Shown here in pieces: positions 28,654-38,524 of a stretch of 64,000 bases of DNA (positions are counted from its first letter, which is position 1; each line of letters starts with the position of its first letter). A program made the position numbers and the translations under genes. Location: NCBI GenBank assembly GCA_963719495.1, contig CAVRCI010000004.1, forward strand, positions 310,620-374,619, read 5' to 3'. The notes under the pieces are model-generated. The model had not been told where the DNA came from. It was given only the letters and a program-made list of their open reading frames with translations, and made no database searches. The stretch comes from an uncultured Verrucomicrobiae bacterium. GTDB lineage: Bacteria; Verrucomicrobiota; Verrucomicrobiia; Chthoniobacterales; JAATET01.

Positions 28654-28760
28654 TTGATACAATTCTACGGGGCTGCGTTTGCCGTTTTCGGGGCTTCTCG
28701 TTGTGGCTTGGTCTTCGCGGAGGATGTCGGCTTTTAGTTTGATGACTTCTTCGTCGAAGG
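28654..28760 (-). pseudogene. Decayed copy of the nagZ 3' end
   Basis: FDEEVIKLKADILREDQATTRSPENGKRSPVELY versus LDEEVKKLRAATLGEDQADTRSPEDGKRSPVELY. Confidence 0.9.
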
Positions 28761-28881
28761 GGGCATCGAAGGGGGCAGGGCGTTCATTGGTTCAGAACGT
28801 GAGAGGTTCGAATGGGTAGAAGCGTTCAGCGTCCGAGTTTTCATTTTGCGCCCGGGCTCGTCGCACGCTATTCCGCCGAAG

Positions 28882-29841
28882 ATGAAATGCGCGGTGACTC
28901 CACTGTTTCGGATGATTGCCGGTATCGCTTTGGCGTCGAGCTGGACCGATTCGCTGCGGGCGATTACCGCCGAAGAGGCCGCCGGACGCGTCGGTCAGGA
29001 CGCATCGGTGACGGGTCGAGTCGTAAGCGTAATCCAACTCAACGGTTTTTCAGGAAAACCTGTGATTTTCGATTTCGATGAATCGTATCCCAACGCGGTT
29101 TTTCAGGCGGTGATCTTCGAGAAGGACCGGTTGAAATTTCCGGATGATCTGATGTCTCGATACCAAGGGAAAACCCTCTCCGTTTCCGGACGGATCGGAC
29201 AGTATCGGGGCGTCCCTCAGATCGTGCTGACTTCACCCGAGCAGATCGGCTCCTCCGGCGAGGCTGGAGGCGGGTCAGTCCCGAGTCTTGAGTCGCCGCT
29301 GACCACGCCAACGGCGGTCGGCGTCCTTGATGCGCCTCGGGCGCGGGCTGATGAAGTAATGACGGAGTCGACGGGTGAGTTCTCCTCCGGTGAACGCACC
29401 ACTGCCCGGCCGGGGGTGGATCTGCCTCGGGGATCGGAAATATTTTCCGAGGGTGGGCAATCTGGATTGCGGATCAAATTGGACCCTCGCGCGCCGCAGG
29501 TTGTCTCTCAACGGATCGGTGGTGGCATTCCTCGGGATGCCATCCAATTCCAAGCCTTGTTCCAAGCGCGACTCACGACTGGCTCGAGTCTCACCGGATC
29601 GCTGCGGCTGGAGCTTGGAAAGCCTGGCTTGGGCAGTCACCTTGATCGTCCAGTGAGACCGTCGCCGGGCACTTGGCAGGAAATCAAATGGACCCGCACT
29701 TCCGATCTCCCCCGTCTGTCGGCAATGACTTTCTCGATTGAGATTCCCCCGGGAGTTGGGGCTTTAGAGATTCGCGATTCCTATCTCTTCGCGCATCCTG
29801 ATTGGAAGGACAAAGCGACCTGGAAAGTCTCCGACGGCTAA
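28882..29841 (+). CDS. Exported protein with an N-terminal OB-fold-like domain and an unknown beta-rich C-terminal domain
   Basis: ITAEEAA..VGQ...VTGRV...YPN..FQAVIF...GKTLSVSG.I..YRGVPQI. Confidence 0.65.
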   Translation: MKCAVTPLFRMIAGIALASSWTDSLRAITAEEAAGRVGQDASVTGRVVSVIQLNGFSGKPVIFDFDESYPNAVFQAVIFEKDRLKFPDDLMSRYQGKTLSVSGRIGQYRGVPQIVLTSPEQIGSSGEAGGGSVPSLESPLTTPTAVGVLDAPRARADEVMTESTGEFSSGERTTARPGVDLPRGSEIFSEGGQSGLRIKLDPRAPQVVSQRIGGGIPRDAIQFQALFQARLTTGSSLTGSLRLELGKPGLGSHLDRPVRPSPGTWQEIKWTRTSDLPRLSAMTFSIEIPPGVGALEIRDSYLFAHPDWKDKATWKVSDG

Positions 29842-30004
29842 GGGTGAAGAAGTCCTCGAGACCGATCGTCGAAGGCTTTGGGAGATATTTTTGAACCATG
29901 AAGGGGTGAGGGGTTGAACCGCTAATGGACGCGAATGAACGCTAATGGTGAGGTGATGAGTGAATTTCTATTCGCGTCAATTCGCGTCCATTCGCGCTTC
30001 CAAA

Positions 30005-31093
30005 TCAGTAGAGTTCGACCGGGCTGCGTTTGCCGTCTTCGGGGCTTCTCGTGTCGGCTTGGTCTTCTCCCAGGGTGGCGGCTCTTAGTTTTTTGACTTC
30101 TTCGTCCAGGGCTTCGTGGGCTTCGAGGGTGAAGTCGGTGGGGGGGGCGAGGTCGTTCTTGAACTTCGCAATGTTTGCGAGGGCGGGGGCGAGGGTGGAT
30201 TCGGGGAGAGCGCTTAGGATGTCGAAGGCTTCGGTGATCATCTCGACCCGGTGGCAGATCATGAGGAGGTCGTTGCCCGCCTCCAAGCCGAGGCGGAGGG
30301 TGTCGGCGAGGCCGTAGTGATTGAGGATGGCGCCCATGTCGAGGTCGTCGGTCATCGTGAGGCCCGCGAAGCCTAAATCGGTTTTCAAGAGGTCGGTGGT
30401 GATGGCTTTTGATAACGAAGCGGGGCGGTCGGTTCGTTCCAATCCGTCGATGGTGATGTGGCCGGTCATCATGGAGTCGACCTTGTCGGCGAAGTAGCGG
30501 AAGACGGCAAGTTCGTGCTCTTCCATGAGTTCGCGGGTGCGGGAGATGCGGGGGAGTTCGTGGTGGGGGTCGAGGCCGGCGGAGGTGTAGCCGGGGAAGT
30601 GCTTGCCGCAGGTGAGGATGCCGGTGGCTCGGAGGGCGTCGTTGAAGATGCCGGCGAGGTGGATGACCTGGGCGGCGGTTTTTCCGTAGCAACGGCCTTT
30701 CACGGAGTTGTCGGCGTCGTCGTCGAACGAGATGTCGAGGACGGGGCAGAGGTCGAGGTTGAAGCCGAAGAGGCGGAGGAGGTGGCCGGTGAGCTGGCCG
30801 TGCCAGCGGATGAGGCCGGGGTCGCCTTTTTCGCGGAGCTGCTGGGCGTTTGGCGGTTCGGCGCCGATCTCGCGGAGCCGGGAGACGCGACCGCCTTCCT
30901 GGTCGATGGTGATGATGGGCTCGATCTCGGAAACGGCGCGGAGGTCGTCGAGGAGGCGGCGGAGCTGGGTGGGGGACTCGATGTTGCGGCTGAAGATGAT
31001 GAAGCCGCCGGGCTGGATGCGGCGGAAGAGGTCGGCGATGTCGGGGGTGAGCGTTTTGCCGGGGACGCCGACGAGGAGAGTTTGGCCAATCAT
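30005..31093 (-). CDS. nagZ: Beta-N-acetylhexosaminidase (GH3)
   Basis: IDQEGGRVSR, KHFPG...DPHHELP, TDDLDMGA. Confidence 0.93.
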   Translation of the reverse strand: MIGQTLLVGVPGKTLTPDIADLFRRIQPGGFIIFSRNIESPTQLRRLLDDLRAVSEIEPIITIDQEGGRVSRLREIGAEPPNAQQLREKGDPGLIRWHGQLTGHLLRLFGFNLDLCPVLDISFDDDADNSVKGRCYGKTAAQVIHLAGIFNDALRATGILTCGKHFPGYTSAGLDPHHELPRISRTRELMEEHELAVFRYFADKVDSMMTGHITIDGLERTDRPASLSKAITTDLLKTDLGFAGLTMTDDLDMGAILNHYGLADTLRLGLEAGNDLLMICHRVEMITEAFDILSALPESTLAPALANIAKFKNDLAPPTDFTLEAHEALDEEVKKLRAATLGEDQADTRSPEDGKRSPVELY

Positions 31094-31140
31094 GGAATTT
31101 CGGATTTTGGATTTCGGATTTCGGATTGAAAGCTAATACG

Positions 31141-31749
31141 ATGATGTCTGTGGTAAATGAACGGGTGGGGATTTTCGGGGGGTCTTTTGATCCGATTCAT
31201 AATGGGCATCTCATTCTGGCTCGGGATGCTCGGGAGCGGCTGGGGTTGGATCGGGTGGTTTTTGTGCCGGCGGGGGTGTCGCCTTTTAAGACCGAGGCGC
31301 CGCCGGCGGATGCGGAGGTGCGGCTGGAGATGGTACGGGCGGCGGTGGCGGGGGAGCCGGGGTTCGCGGTGGACGACGTGGAGGTGCGGCGCGGGGGGAC
31401 TTCGTTCGCGGTGGAGACGGTGCGGCAGATTCGCGGGCGGGCGGAGCACGGGGCGGGGACGGAGTTCTTTTACTTCATCGGTTCGGACAATGTTGCGGAC
31501 CTGGGGGCTTGGAAGGAGATCGGGGCGTTGCGGGAAATGGTGACGTTCGTGGTGCTTTCGCGGGCGGGGGAAAGTGGCTCGGACGAGGGTCTGGGGATGC
31601 CGGTGGTGCGGCGGCTGGTGGACATCTCGTCGACGGAGGTGCGGAATCGCGTTGCGCGGGGGCTCTCGATTCAATACCTCTGTCCGCAATGCGTGTGTGC
31701 GGTGATTTCCCGGGAGAGTCTTTATTGTGATGGCCGAAGTGGCGACTGA
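31141..31749 (+). CDS. nadD: Nicotinate-nucleotide adenylyltransferase
   Basis: GIFGGSFDPIHNGHL, FIGSDN, DISSTEVR. Confidence 0.96.
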   Translation: MMSVVNERVGIFGGSFDPIHNGHLILARDARERLGLDRVVFVPAGVSPFKTEAPPADAEVRLEMVRAAVAGEPGFAVDDVEVRRGGTSFAVETVRQIRGRAEHGAGTEFFYFIGSDNVADLGAWKEIGALREMVTFVVLSRAGESGSDEGLGMPVVRRLVDISSTEVRNRVARGLSIQYLCPQCVCAVISRESLYCDGRSGD

Positions 31750-32113
31750 GGAGGGTTCGGTGCGGGGTGACGGTGAAGCGCTCGCGGTGGCGTGCGCGGA
31801 ATTTGCGGCGGACCGGAAGGGCGAGGACATTCAGGTGATCGACCTGCGGGGTCGGTCTTCGTTCTGCGATTACTTCGTGATCTGCAGTGGGATGTCGGAT
31901 CCGCAGTTGCGGGCGATCGGCGCTTCGGTGCGGTCGGGGGTGCGGGAGCGCTTCGGTTACGGGCCTTACTCGGAGGAGGGGTTTGCGGGGAGCAAGTGGA
32001 TCGTGATCGATTATGCCCAGGTGGTGGTGCACGTGTTTCACCACGAGGCGCGGGCGTTTTACACGCTCGAGGATCTGTGGGGCGACGCGCCGCGGGTGGT
32101 TGGTGACTGGTGA
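31730..32113 (+). CDS. rsfS: Ribosome silencing factor
   Basis: DRKGEDI, DYFVICSG, WIVIDY..VVVHVF...R.FY.LE.LW; downstream of nadD. Confidence 0.96.
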   Translation: MAEVATEEGSVRGDGEALAVACAEFAADRKGEDIQVIDLRGRSSFCDYFVICSGMSDPQLRAIGASVRSGVRERFGYGPYSEEGFAGSKWIVIDYAQVVVHVFHHEARAFYTLEDLWGDAPRVVGDW

Positions 32114-32145
32114 AGAGTGACTGGTGATTGGTGCGGTAAGTCCTG

Positions 32146-32331
32146 ATGGATATCGTCGAGGAGATCGGGGTGGATTGTCCGCATTGCGGGGAGGTCTTCT
32201 TTATCGAGGTGGAGACGACGACGGTGGAGGTGGGGATGATCGAGGACTGCGCGGTGTGTTGCCGACCGATCAACGTGCGGGTGCGGTGCGAGCCGGGAGC
32301 GGTTGTATCGGTGGACATTTCGGCGGCTTGA
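32146..32331 (+). CDS. CPXCG-motif cysteine-rich protein
   Basis: CPHCGE...IEDCAVCCRPI. Confidence 0.88.
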   Translation: MDIVEEIGVDCPHCGEVFFIEVETTTVEVGMIEDCAVCCRPINVRVRCEPGAVVSVDISAA

Positions 32332-32371
32332 TGGGGTTGCGCGGCTTGGGGTTGTGGACTAACGGTTTGTT

Positions 32372-33202
32372 ATGATTCTTGGTCAGAGCAAAGCCATCGT
32401 CCGGCTGTTGGAGGACGATGATCCGGAGACGGTGCGGCTGGTGAAGGAGCAGTTGCTCGAAGCGGACGGTGCGATGCTGGACGAGTTGCGTGGCGTGGGG
32501 GGTGGGGACGGTGCCGCGGCGGGTCACGCGCTGGAGGTGCTGCGGGCGATCGATGATCGCGAGGCGGTGGAGGAATTCGGGCTACTGTGTCATTTTTTTG
32601 GGGATCACCACGATTTGGAGCGGGCGAATTGGATGCTGGCTCGGGCGCTGATGCCGGAGGCGGAAATCGGGCCGCTGGAGACGAAGGTGAACGCGTGGGG
32701 ACGGCAATTTTTGGTGAAGAGCAGTGGGGCGGTGTCGAGCCGGGAGCGGGTGATTCTGCTGTCGAAGTTCATGGCGGGGGAGTTGGGGTTTCGGGGGAAC
32801 ACGGAGGATTACTACAGCGAGCGGAATTGTCTTCTCCCGGGGGTGGTCGAGACTCGGATGGGGATTCCGATCGCGCTGACTCTGCTTTACAAGATGGTCG
32901 CGGCGCGGGCGGGGATGTGCTTGGCGGGCGTGAATCTACCGGGACACTTCATCGCGCGGCACGGGGATTTGTTTTTCGACCCGTATCACCGGGGAAAAAT
33001 TCTCACAAAAGCGGATTGTTTGGCGATCCTTGCGAAGCAACAGCTGAGTCTGTGCGGGAATCACCTGGCGGACGCGAGTCCGCGGCAGTTGCTCATCCGG
33101 ACGCTGGCGAATCTGTTGTATGTCTACGATCTTCGGCGGGATCAGGAGAAGCACGCGAAGGTGGACGGGTGGATTCGGGCGCTGACGGCGGACGTTGCGT
33201 GA
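32372..33202 (+). CDS. SirB1/transglutaminase-like protein
   Basis: GFRGN.EDYY..RN, GIPIAL, GVNLPGHFI, FFDPY. Confidence 0.9.
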   Translation: MILGQSKAIVRLLEDDDPETVRLVKEQLLEADGAMLDELRGVGGGDGAAAGHALEVLRAIDDREAVEEFGLLCHFFGDHHDLERANWMLARALMPEAEIGPLETKVNAWGRQFLVKSSGAVSSRERVILLSKFMAGELGFRGNTEDYYSERNCLLPGVVETRMGIPIALTLLYKMVAARAGMCLAGVNLPGHFIARHGDLFFDPYHRGKILTKADCLAILAKQQLSLCGNHLADASPRQLLIRTLANLLYVYDLRRDQEKHAKVDGWIRALTADVA

Positions 33203-33240
33203 GTCGCTTCGCTCCGTGATTGGTGACTGGTGACTGGTGA

Positions 33241-34500
33241 ATGGTGGGAATGCGGGTGACGGGTATGCGGGTCGAGGTCGTCAATACGGGGACGGAGCTT
33301 TTGCTGGGGGCCGTTGTGAATTCGCACCTGGCTTGGTTTGGGGCTCGGTTGTTCGACCTGGGGTTGCGGATTGATCGGGGGGTGACGGTGCCGGATGGGG
33401 CGGGGATTCGGGACGCGCTGGTGGAGGCTTTCGACCGGGAGCCGGACGTGGTGCTGGTGACGGGTGGGTTGGGGCCGACTTCGGATGATTTGACGCGGGA
33501 GATCGTGGCGGAGTTGTTGGGGCTTCGGCTGGAGGAGGACGGGGAGGTGCTGCGAGGGATCAAGGATTTGTGCGCGGGGCGGGGGTTTGAATTTCAAGAA
33601 CGAATGGGGCGTCAGGCGATGGTGCCGACGGGGGCCGTGGTGCTGCCGAATCGGCGCGGGACGGCTCCGGGGATCTACGTTCCGCCGCTTGAGCGTCCTT
33701 CGTGGAGGTCGCCTCATTTGTTTTTGCTGCCGGGGCCGCCGCGGGAGTTGAAGCCGATGTTCGAGGCGGAGGTGGTGCCGCGCTTGCGGGAACTGACGGC
33801 GGGGACGGTGGTAAAAATCTGCCGGACCTATCGGTGCGTGGAAATCGGGGAGTCGATGGTGGAGGCTCGGTTGGGGTTGCGGTTGTCGAGCGTGGCGGGG
33901 CTGGAGGTGGGGTATTGCGCTCGACCGAACGAGGTGGATTTCCGGTTGATCGGGGAGGCTGGGTTGCTGGATTCGTTGGACGCGGAGGTTCGGGGGGAGT
34001 TGGCGGAGTTTTTGGTGACGACCGACGCGGAGGGGCTGGAGACGGTGGTGGTCGGTGAATTGGTGCGGCGGGGGTTGACGGTGGCGACGGCCGAGTCTTG
34101 CACGGGTGGATTGCTGGCGAGTCGGCTGACGGATGTGCCGGGGGCTTCGGCGGCGTTTTTGCGGGGTTGGGTGACTTACGCGAACGAGGCGAAGGTGGGA
34201 GAGTTGGGCGTGGACGCGGGGTTGATCGAGGCGCGCGGGGCGGTGAGTGAGGAGGTGGCGGGGGCGATGGCGGTGGGGGCGTGCGAGCGGGCCGGGACGG
34301 ATTTTGCCCTGGCGACGACGGGGATCGCGGGACCGGGCGGGGCGACGGCGGGGAAGCCGGTGGGGACGGTTTTTATCGCGCTGGCGCGGCGGGGTGGGGA
34401 CGTGATGGTTTGGCGGGAGTCGTTTCCGACGGATCGGGTGACCTTTAAGTTGCTGGTGACGCAGGCGGCTTTGAACGCGCTGCGGCGGGCGATGCGATGA
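33241..34500 (+). CDS. cinA: Competence/damage-inducible protein A (MoCF-binding + PncC domains)
   Basis: GTELLLG, TGGLGPTSDDLTRE, GTAPG, AESCTGG, TTGIAGPGG. Confidence 0.95.
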   Translation: MVGMRVTGMRVEVVNTGTELLLGAVVNSHLAWFGARLFDLGLRIDRGVTVPDGAGIRDALVEAFDREPDVVLVTGGLGPTSDDLTREIVAELLGLRLEEDGEVLRGIKDLCAGRGFEFQERMGRQAMVPTGAVVLPNRRGTAPGIYVPPLERPSWRSPHLFLLPGPPRELKPMFEAEVVPRLRELTAGTVVKICRTYRCVEIGESMVEARLGLRLSSVAGLEVGYCARPNEVDFRLIGEAGLLDSLDAEVRGELAEFLVTTDAEGLETVVVGELVRRGLTVATAESCTGGLLASRLTDVPGASAAFLRGWVTYANEAKVGELGVDAGLIEARGAVSEEVAGAMAVGACERAGTDFALATTGIAGPGGATAGKPVGTVFIALARRGGDVMVWRESFPTDRVTFKLLVTQAALNALRRAMR

Positions 34501-34585
34501 GGGTTTGCGGCTTTGCCGTTGGTTATGAGGTCCCGGGCAGGATGCCCGGGACGACAGGCTGGAAGCCTGTTTTCCCCAGCTGCTT

Positions 34586-36754
34586 ATGACGGATGATGGG
34601 GTGCGGGGGGTGGTGGAACGGGTGACGTTTCACAATGAGGAATCGGGGTTTTCGGTTCTGCGGGTGCTGGTGCGGGGGCGGAAGGATTTGGTGACGGTGA
34701 TTGGGAACGTGGCGACCGTCACCCCGGGTGAGTGGATTACGGCGGAGGGGCGGTGGGTGCGGGATCGGGAGCACGGGATGCAGCTGAAGGCGGAGCGGGT
34801 GGAGACTCAGCCGCCGGACTCGCGGGAGGGGATCGAGAAGTATCTGGCAAGTGGGATGATCAAGGGGATCGGGCCGGTTTACGCGAAGAAGCTGGTCGCG
34901 CAGTTCGGCGAGGAGGTGTTTTCGATCATTGAGAACGAGTCGGCTCGGTTGCAGGAGGTCGGGGGGATCGGGGCCGAGCGGCGGCGGGCGATCAAGGACG
35001 CCTGGGCGGAGCAGCGGGTGGTGCGGGAGATCATGGTCTTCCTGCACGCGAACGGGGTGAGCACGAGCCGGGCGGCGCGGGTTTACAAGACTTACGGGGA
35101 GGAGGCGATTGCGCGGATCCGGACCGATCCGTATTGCCTGGCGCGGGACATTCGGGGGATTGGGTTCAAGAGCGCGGACGCGATCGCGGCGAAGGTCGGG
35201 TTGGCGGGCGATTCGGTGCTGCGGGTGCGGGCGGGGTTGGCGCATTGCCTGGACGAGGCGGGGGCGGATGGGCATTGCGCGATGGTGCGGCGGGATTTGG
35301 TCGGCGCGGCGGGGGAGTTGCTGGACGTGGGTTTGGAATTGGCCGAGCGGGTGTTGGCGGGGGCTTTGGAGCGGAAGGAGCTGGTTGCGGAGACGAGTGA
35401 GGGGCGCGACTTGATCTACGCGCCGCCGATGTTGGCGGCGGAGCGGGTCGTGGCGGAGCGGTTGCGAGCGATGGCGGAGCGGACGCGGACGGGGTATCCG
35501 GCGATCGACGTGGAGCGGGCGTTGGACTGGGTGCAGGGGGCGACCGGGAAGGTGCTGGCGGATTCGCAGGCGGCGGCGTTGCGGCTCGCGCTCGGGCGGG
35601 CGGTGGCGGTGGTGACGGGTGGACCGGGCGTGGGGAAGACGACGCTGGTGAATTCGATTCTGAAGATTCTGAGCGCGAAGGGGGTGCGGTGCGTTTTGTG
35701 CGCGCCGACGGGGCGGGCGGCGAAGCGGTTGGCGGAGTCGACGGGGATGCCGGCGATGACGATTCATCGGTTACTCGAGCCGGAGCGGGGTGGGGGATTC
35801 AAACGATTCGAGGGGAATCCGCTCGCTGGCGATTTGTTCGTGATGGACGAGGTGTCGATGGTGGACGTGTCGCTGATGGCGCGGTTTCTGCGGGCGGTGC
35901 CGGGGCGCGGGAACCTTCTGTTGGTGGGCGACGCGGATCAGTTGCCGAGCGTGGGGCCGGGCCTCGTTCTGCGGGACGTGATCGCATCGGGTGCGGTGCC
36001 GGTGGCGCGGCTCGACGTGGTGTTCCGTCAGGCGGAGGCGAGTGGGATCGTGACGGCGGCGCACGCGATGAACGCGGGGCGGCTGCCGGAGTTGGACCAC
36101 CGGGAGGGGTCGGATTTTTTCTTCATCGAGCGGGAGGATTCAGCGGCGGCGTTGGAGACGATCGTCGAGTTGGTGGCTCGGCGGGTGCCGGGGAAGTTTG
36201 GGCTGGATCCGGTGCGGGACATTCAAGTGTTGTCGGCGATGAACAAGGGGACGCTCGGGGTGAGGAGCGTAAACGGGCGGTTGCAGGCGGCGCTGAATCC
36301 CGCGCGGGAGGGGGTGGGCGAGGTCGAGCGCGTTGGGGTGACGTTTCGGGCGGGGGACAAGGTGATCCAGACGCGGAACAATTACGACAAGGAGGTGTTC
36401 AACGGGGACATCGGGGTGGTGCGGGCGGTGGAGTGGTCCGAGAAGGAGGTGATCGTGGAATTCGAAGGGCGGCGGGTCGTTTATGAATTTGGGGAGATGG
36501 ACGAGCTGGATCCGGCTTGGGCGATCACGGTGCACAAGAGTCAGGGCTCGGAATTTCCGTGTGTGATCGTGCCGGTGGCGATGGAGCAGTTCGTGCTGCT
36601 GCAGCGGAATTTGATTTATACGGCGATCACGCGGGGGAAGCGGTTGGTGATCGTGGTGGGTCAGCGGAAGGCGCTGGGGGCGGCGGTGCGGAATAATGCG
36701 GTGCGCGCGCGGGTGTCGGGGTTGCGGGGGCGATTGGGGGTTGGACAGGATTGA
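34586..36754 (+). CDS. recD2: RecD2-like ATP-dependent DNA helicase
   Basis: IKGIGP HhH, TGGPGVGKTT, APTGRAAKR, DEVSMVD, VGDADQLPSVGPG, TVHKSQGSEF. Confidence 0.95.
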   Translation: MTDDGVRGVVERVTFHNEESGFSVLRVLVRGRKDLVTVIGNVATVTPGEWITAEGRWVRDREHGMQLKAERVETQPPDSREGIEKYLASGMIKGIGPVYAKKLVAQFGEEVFSIIENESARLQEVGGIGAERRRAIKDAWAEQRVVREIMVFLHANGVSTSRAARVYKTYGEEAIARIRTDPYCLARDIRGIGFKSADAIAAKVGLAGDSVLRVRAGLAHCLDEAGADGHCAMVRRDLVGAAGELLDVGLELAERVLAGALERKELVAETSEGRDLIYAPPMLAAERVVAERLRAMAERTRTGYPAIDVERALDWVQGATGKVLADSQAAALRLALGRAVAVVTGGPGVGKTTLVNSILKILSAKGVRCVLCAPTGRAAKRLAESTGMPAMTIHRLLEPERGGGFKRFEGNPLAGDLFVMDEVSMVDVSLMARFLRAVPGRGNLLLVGDADQLPSVGPGLVLRDVIASGAVPVARLDVVFRQAEASGIVTAAHAMNAGRLPELDHREGSDFFFIEREDSAAALETIVELVARRVPGKFGLDPVRDIQVLSAMNKGTLGVRSVNGRLQAALNPAREGVGEVERVGVTFRAGDKVIQTRNNYDKEVFNGDIGVVRAVEWSEKEVIVEFEGRRVVYEFGEMDELDPAWAITVHKSQGSEFPCVIVPVAMEQFVLLQRNLIYTAITRGKRLVIVVGQRKALGAAVRNNAVRARVSGLRGRLGVGQD

Positions 36755-36902
36755 CGGGATTCTCAGGATTATTTAGAGCGGGACCTTTCGGTGACTGCTG
36801 CGCTTTGCGACGGTTGGGTGACTGTAGAGTTGGTCACCGGGGTGAGATGAACAAGCCAGAGATGCTTCGCTTCGCTCAGCGTGACAGCGTTTGGGGGGAG
36901 GC

Positions 36903-38384
36903 TTAGGCCTCTTCTCGGACTTCGGCCCGGTCTTCGAATCTGGTGAATTCTTTCAGGAAACTTAGGGGGATTTCGCCGATGGGGCCGTTTCGCTGTTTGG
37001 CGATGATGAGCTCGGCTTCGCCGGCTTTTTCCTGTTTGGCTTCTTCGTCGTCTTCGTAAATTTCCGAGCGGACGAGGAGGCCGACGATGTCGGCGTCCTG
37101 CTCGATTGAGCCGGATTCACGGAGATCGCTGATGCGCGGCTTCCCTTTGGAAGCGCCGGTGCGGCTTTCGGGATTTCGGTTGAGCTGGGCGAGGACGATG
37201 ACGGGGATATTGAGCTCTTTCGCCAGGGCTTTGACGCCGGCGGAGATTTCCGCGATTTCGATCTGGCGGTTTTCCTGGGCGCGTTTCGAGCTGGAGCGGA
37301 GGAGCTGAAGGTAGTCGATGACGATGAGCTCGATGCCGTGCTGGGAGTGGAGGCGGCGGGCCTTGGCTCGGAGTTCGAGGATGGTGATGCCGGGGGTGTC
37401 GTCGATGAAGATGCGGCTGTCGACGAGGCTTTTTGCGGCTTTGTAGATTTTGTTGGAGTCGGCCTGGGAGAGGAAGCCGTCGCGGATGCGCTGGAGATTG
37501 ACGCGGGCGCAGGAGCAGAGGAGACGCTGGACAAGCTGGCTGCTGGACATCTCCAGGCTGAAGACGCCGACGGCTTTGCCGAGGTGGACGGCTACGTGCT
37601 CGGCGATGTTCATCGAGAACGCGGTCTTGCCCATGGAGGGGCGGGCGGCAATGACGAACATTTCGCTGCCGCGCATGCCGCCGGTCATTTGGTCAAGGAC
37701 CTTGAAACCGGTGGAGATGCCGGTGAGGCCGCCCTTGTTCTTGTAGAGTGCTTCGATCTCCTCGATGGCGGTCATCACCATCGCTTTCATTTCTGGGAGG
37801 GTGCCCTTGAAGCGGTCCTCGCCGATGGCCATGACGCTCTTTTCGACGTCGTCGAGGAGGACTTTAACTTCGCCCTGCTCTTCGTAGCAACGGGCGGCGG
37901 CCTCGGTGCAGGTGGTGATCATCGACCGGAGGAGAAATTTCTCGCGGACGATCTCGAGGTAGAACGACGCGTTGGCGGCGGTGGGGACGAACGTGAAGAG
38001 CTCGGAGATGGTGGCGGGGCCGCCGCAGGCTTCGAGCTGGCCGCGGTCGCTGAGGATCTGGGTGAGCGTGATGAAGTCGACGGGCTTCGAGTCCTTCCAC
38101 TGCTCGATCATGACCGCATAAATTGTCTGATGCGGTGGGTGGTAGAAGTGATTCTCGCCGATGCGCTCGACGCAATCGCCCATCACCCCCGCGGGCGAGA
38201 GGAGGGCGGAGCAGAGAAGACCCTTCTCGGCGTCGTTGCTCTGGGGGAGCGTTCTGTGAATATCGGGTAAATAACTCCCCGATTTTTGGGAATAACTCCC
38301 GGTTTTCTGCGGACCGTCGAATTTACCGTCCCCGTTTTGTCTCTGGGGATTCTCTGGCTTCGGGGCCTGAGAATCGGGCGGCAT
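36903..38384 (-). CDS. dnaB: Replicative DNA helicase
   Basis: AARPSMGKTAF, FSLEMS, IDYLQL, SDLRESGSIEQDAD, AKQRNGP; no intein. Confidence 0.98.
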   Translation of the reverse strand: MPPDSQAPKPENPQRQNGDGKFDGPQKTGSYSQKSGSYLPDIHRTLPQSNDAEKGLLCSALLSPAGVMGDCVERIGENHFYHPPHQTIYAVMIEQWKDSKPVDFITLTQILSDRGQLEACGGPATISELFTFVPTAANASFYLEIVREKFLLRSMITTCTEAAARCYEEQGEVKVLLDDVEKSVMAIGEDRFKGTLPEMKAMVMTAIEEIEALYKNKGGLTGISTGFKVLDQMTGGMRGSEMFVIAARPSMGKTAFSMNIAEHVAVHLGKAVGVFSLEMSSSQLVQRLLCSCARVNLQRIRDGFLSQADSNKIYKAAKSLVDSRIFIDDTPGITILELRAKARRLHSQHGIELIVIDYLQLLRSSSKRAQENRQIEIAEISAGVKALAKELNIPVIVLAQLNRNPESRTGASKGKPRISDLRESGSIEQDADIVGLLVRSEIYEDDEEAKQEKAGEAELIIAKQRNGPIGEIPLSFLKEFTRFEDRAEVREEA

Positions 38385-38524
38385 TTGTTGTCTGGTGGGC
38401 GTTGGTGAGGTGAGGTGGCGAGTATGCGGCCTTTGGCCGTTGGGGTGGTGGAGGACAGGATGTCCTCGCCCCGCTGTGATGGAGGACGGGTTGGCCTGCC
38501 CCGTTGGGGATTCGTCCGTTGGTT

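Noticed and set aside
34586..38384. recD2/dnaB as a defence or mobile replication module
   Set aside because: Ordinary core context (rplI-dnaB, cinA), host-like composition and no inteins.
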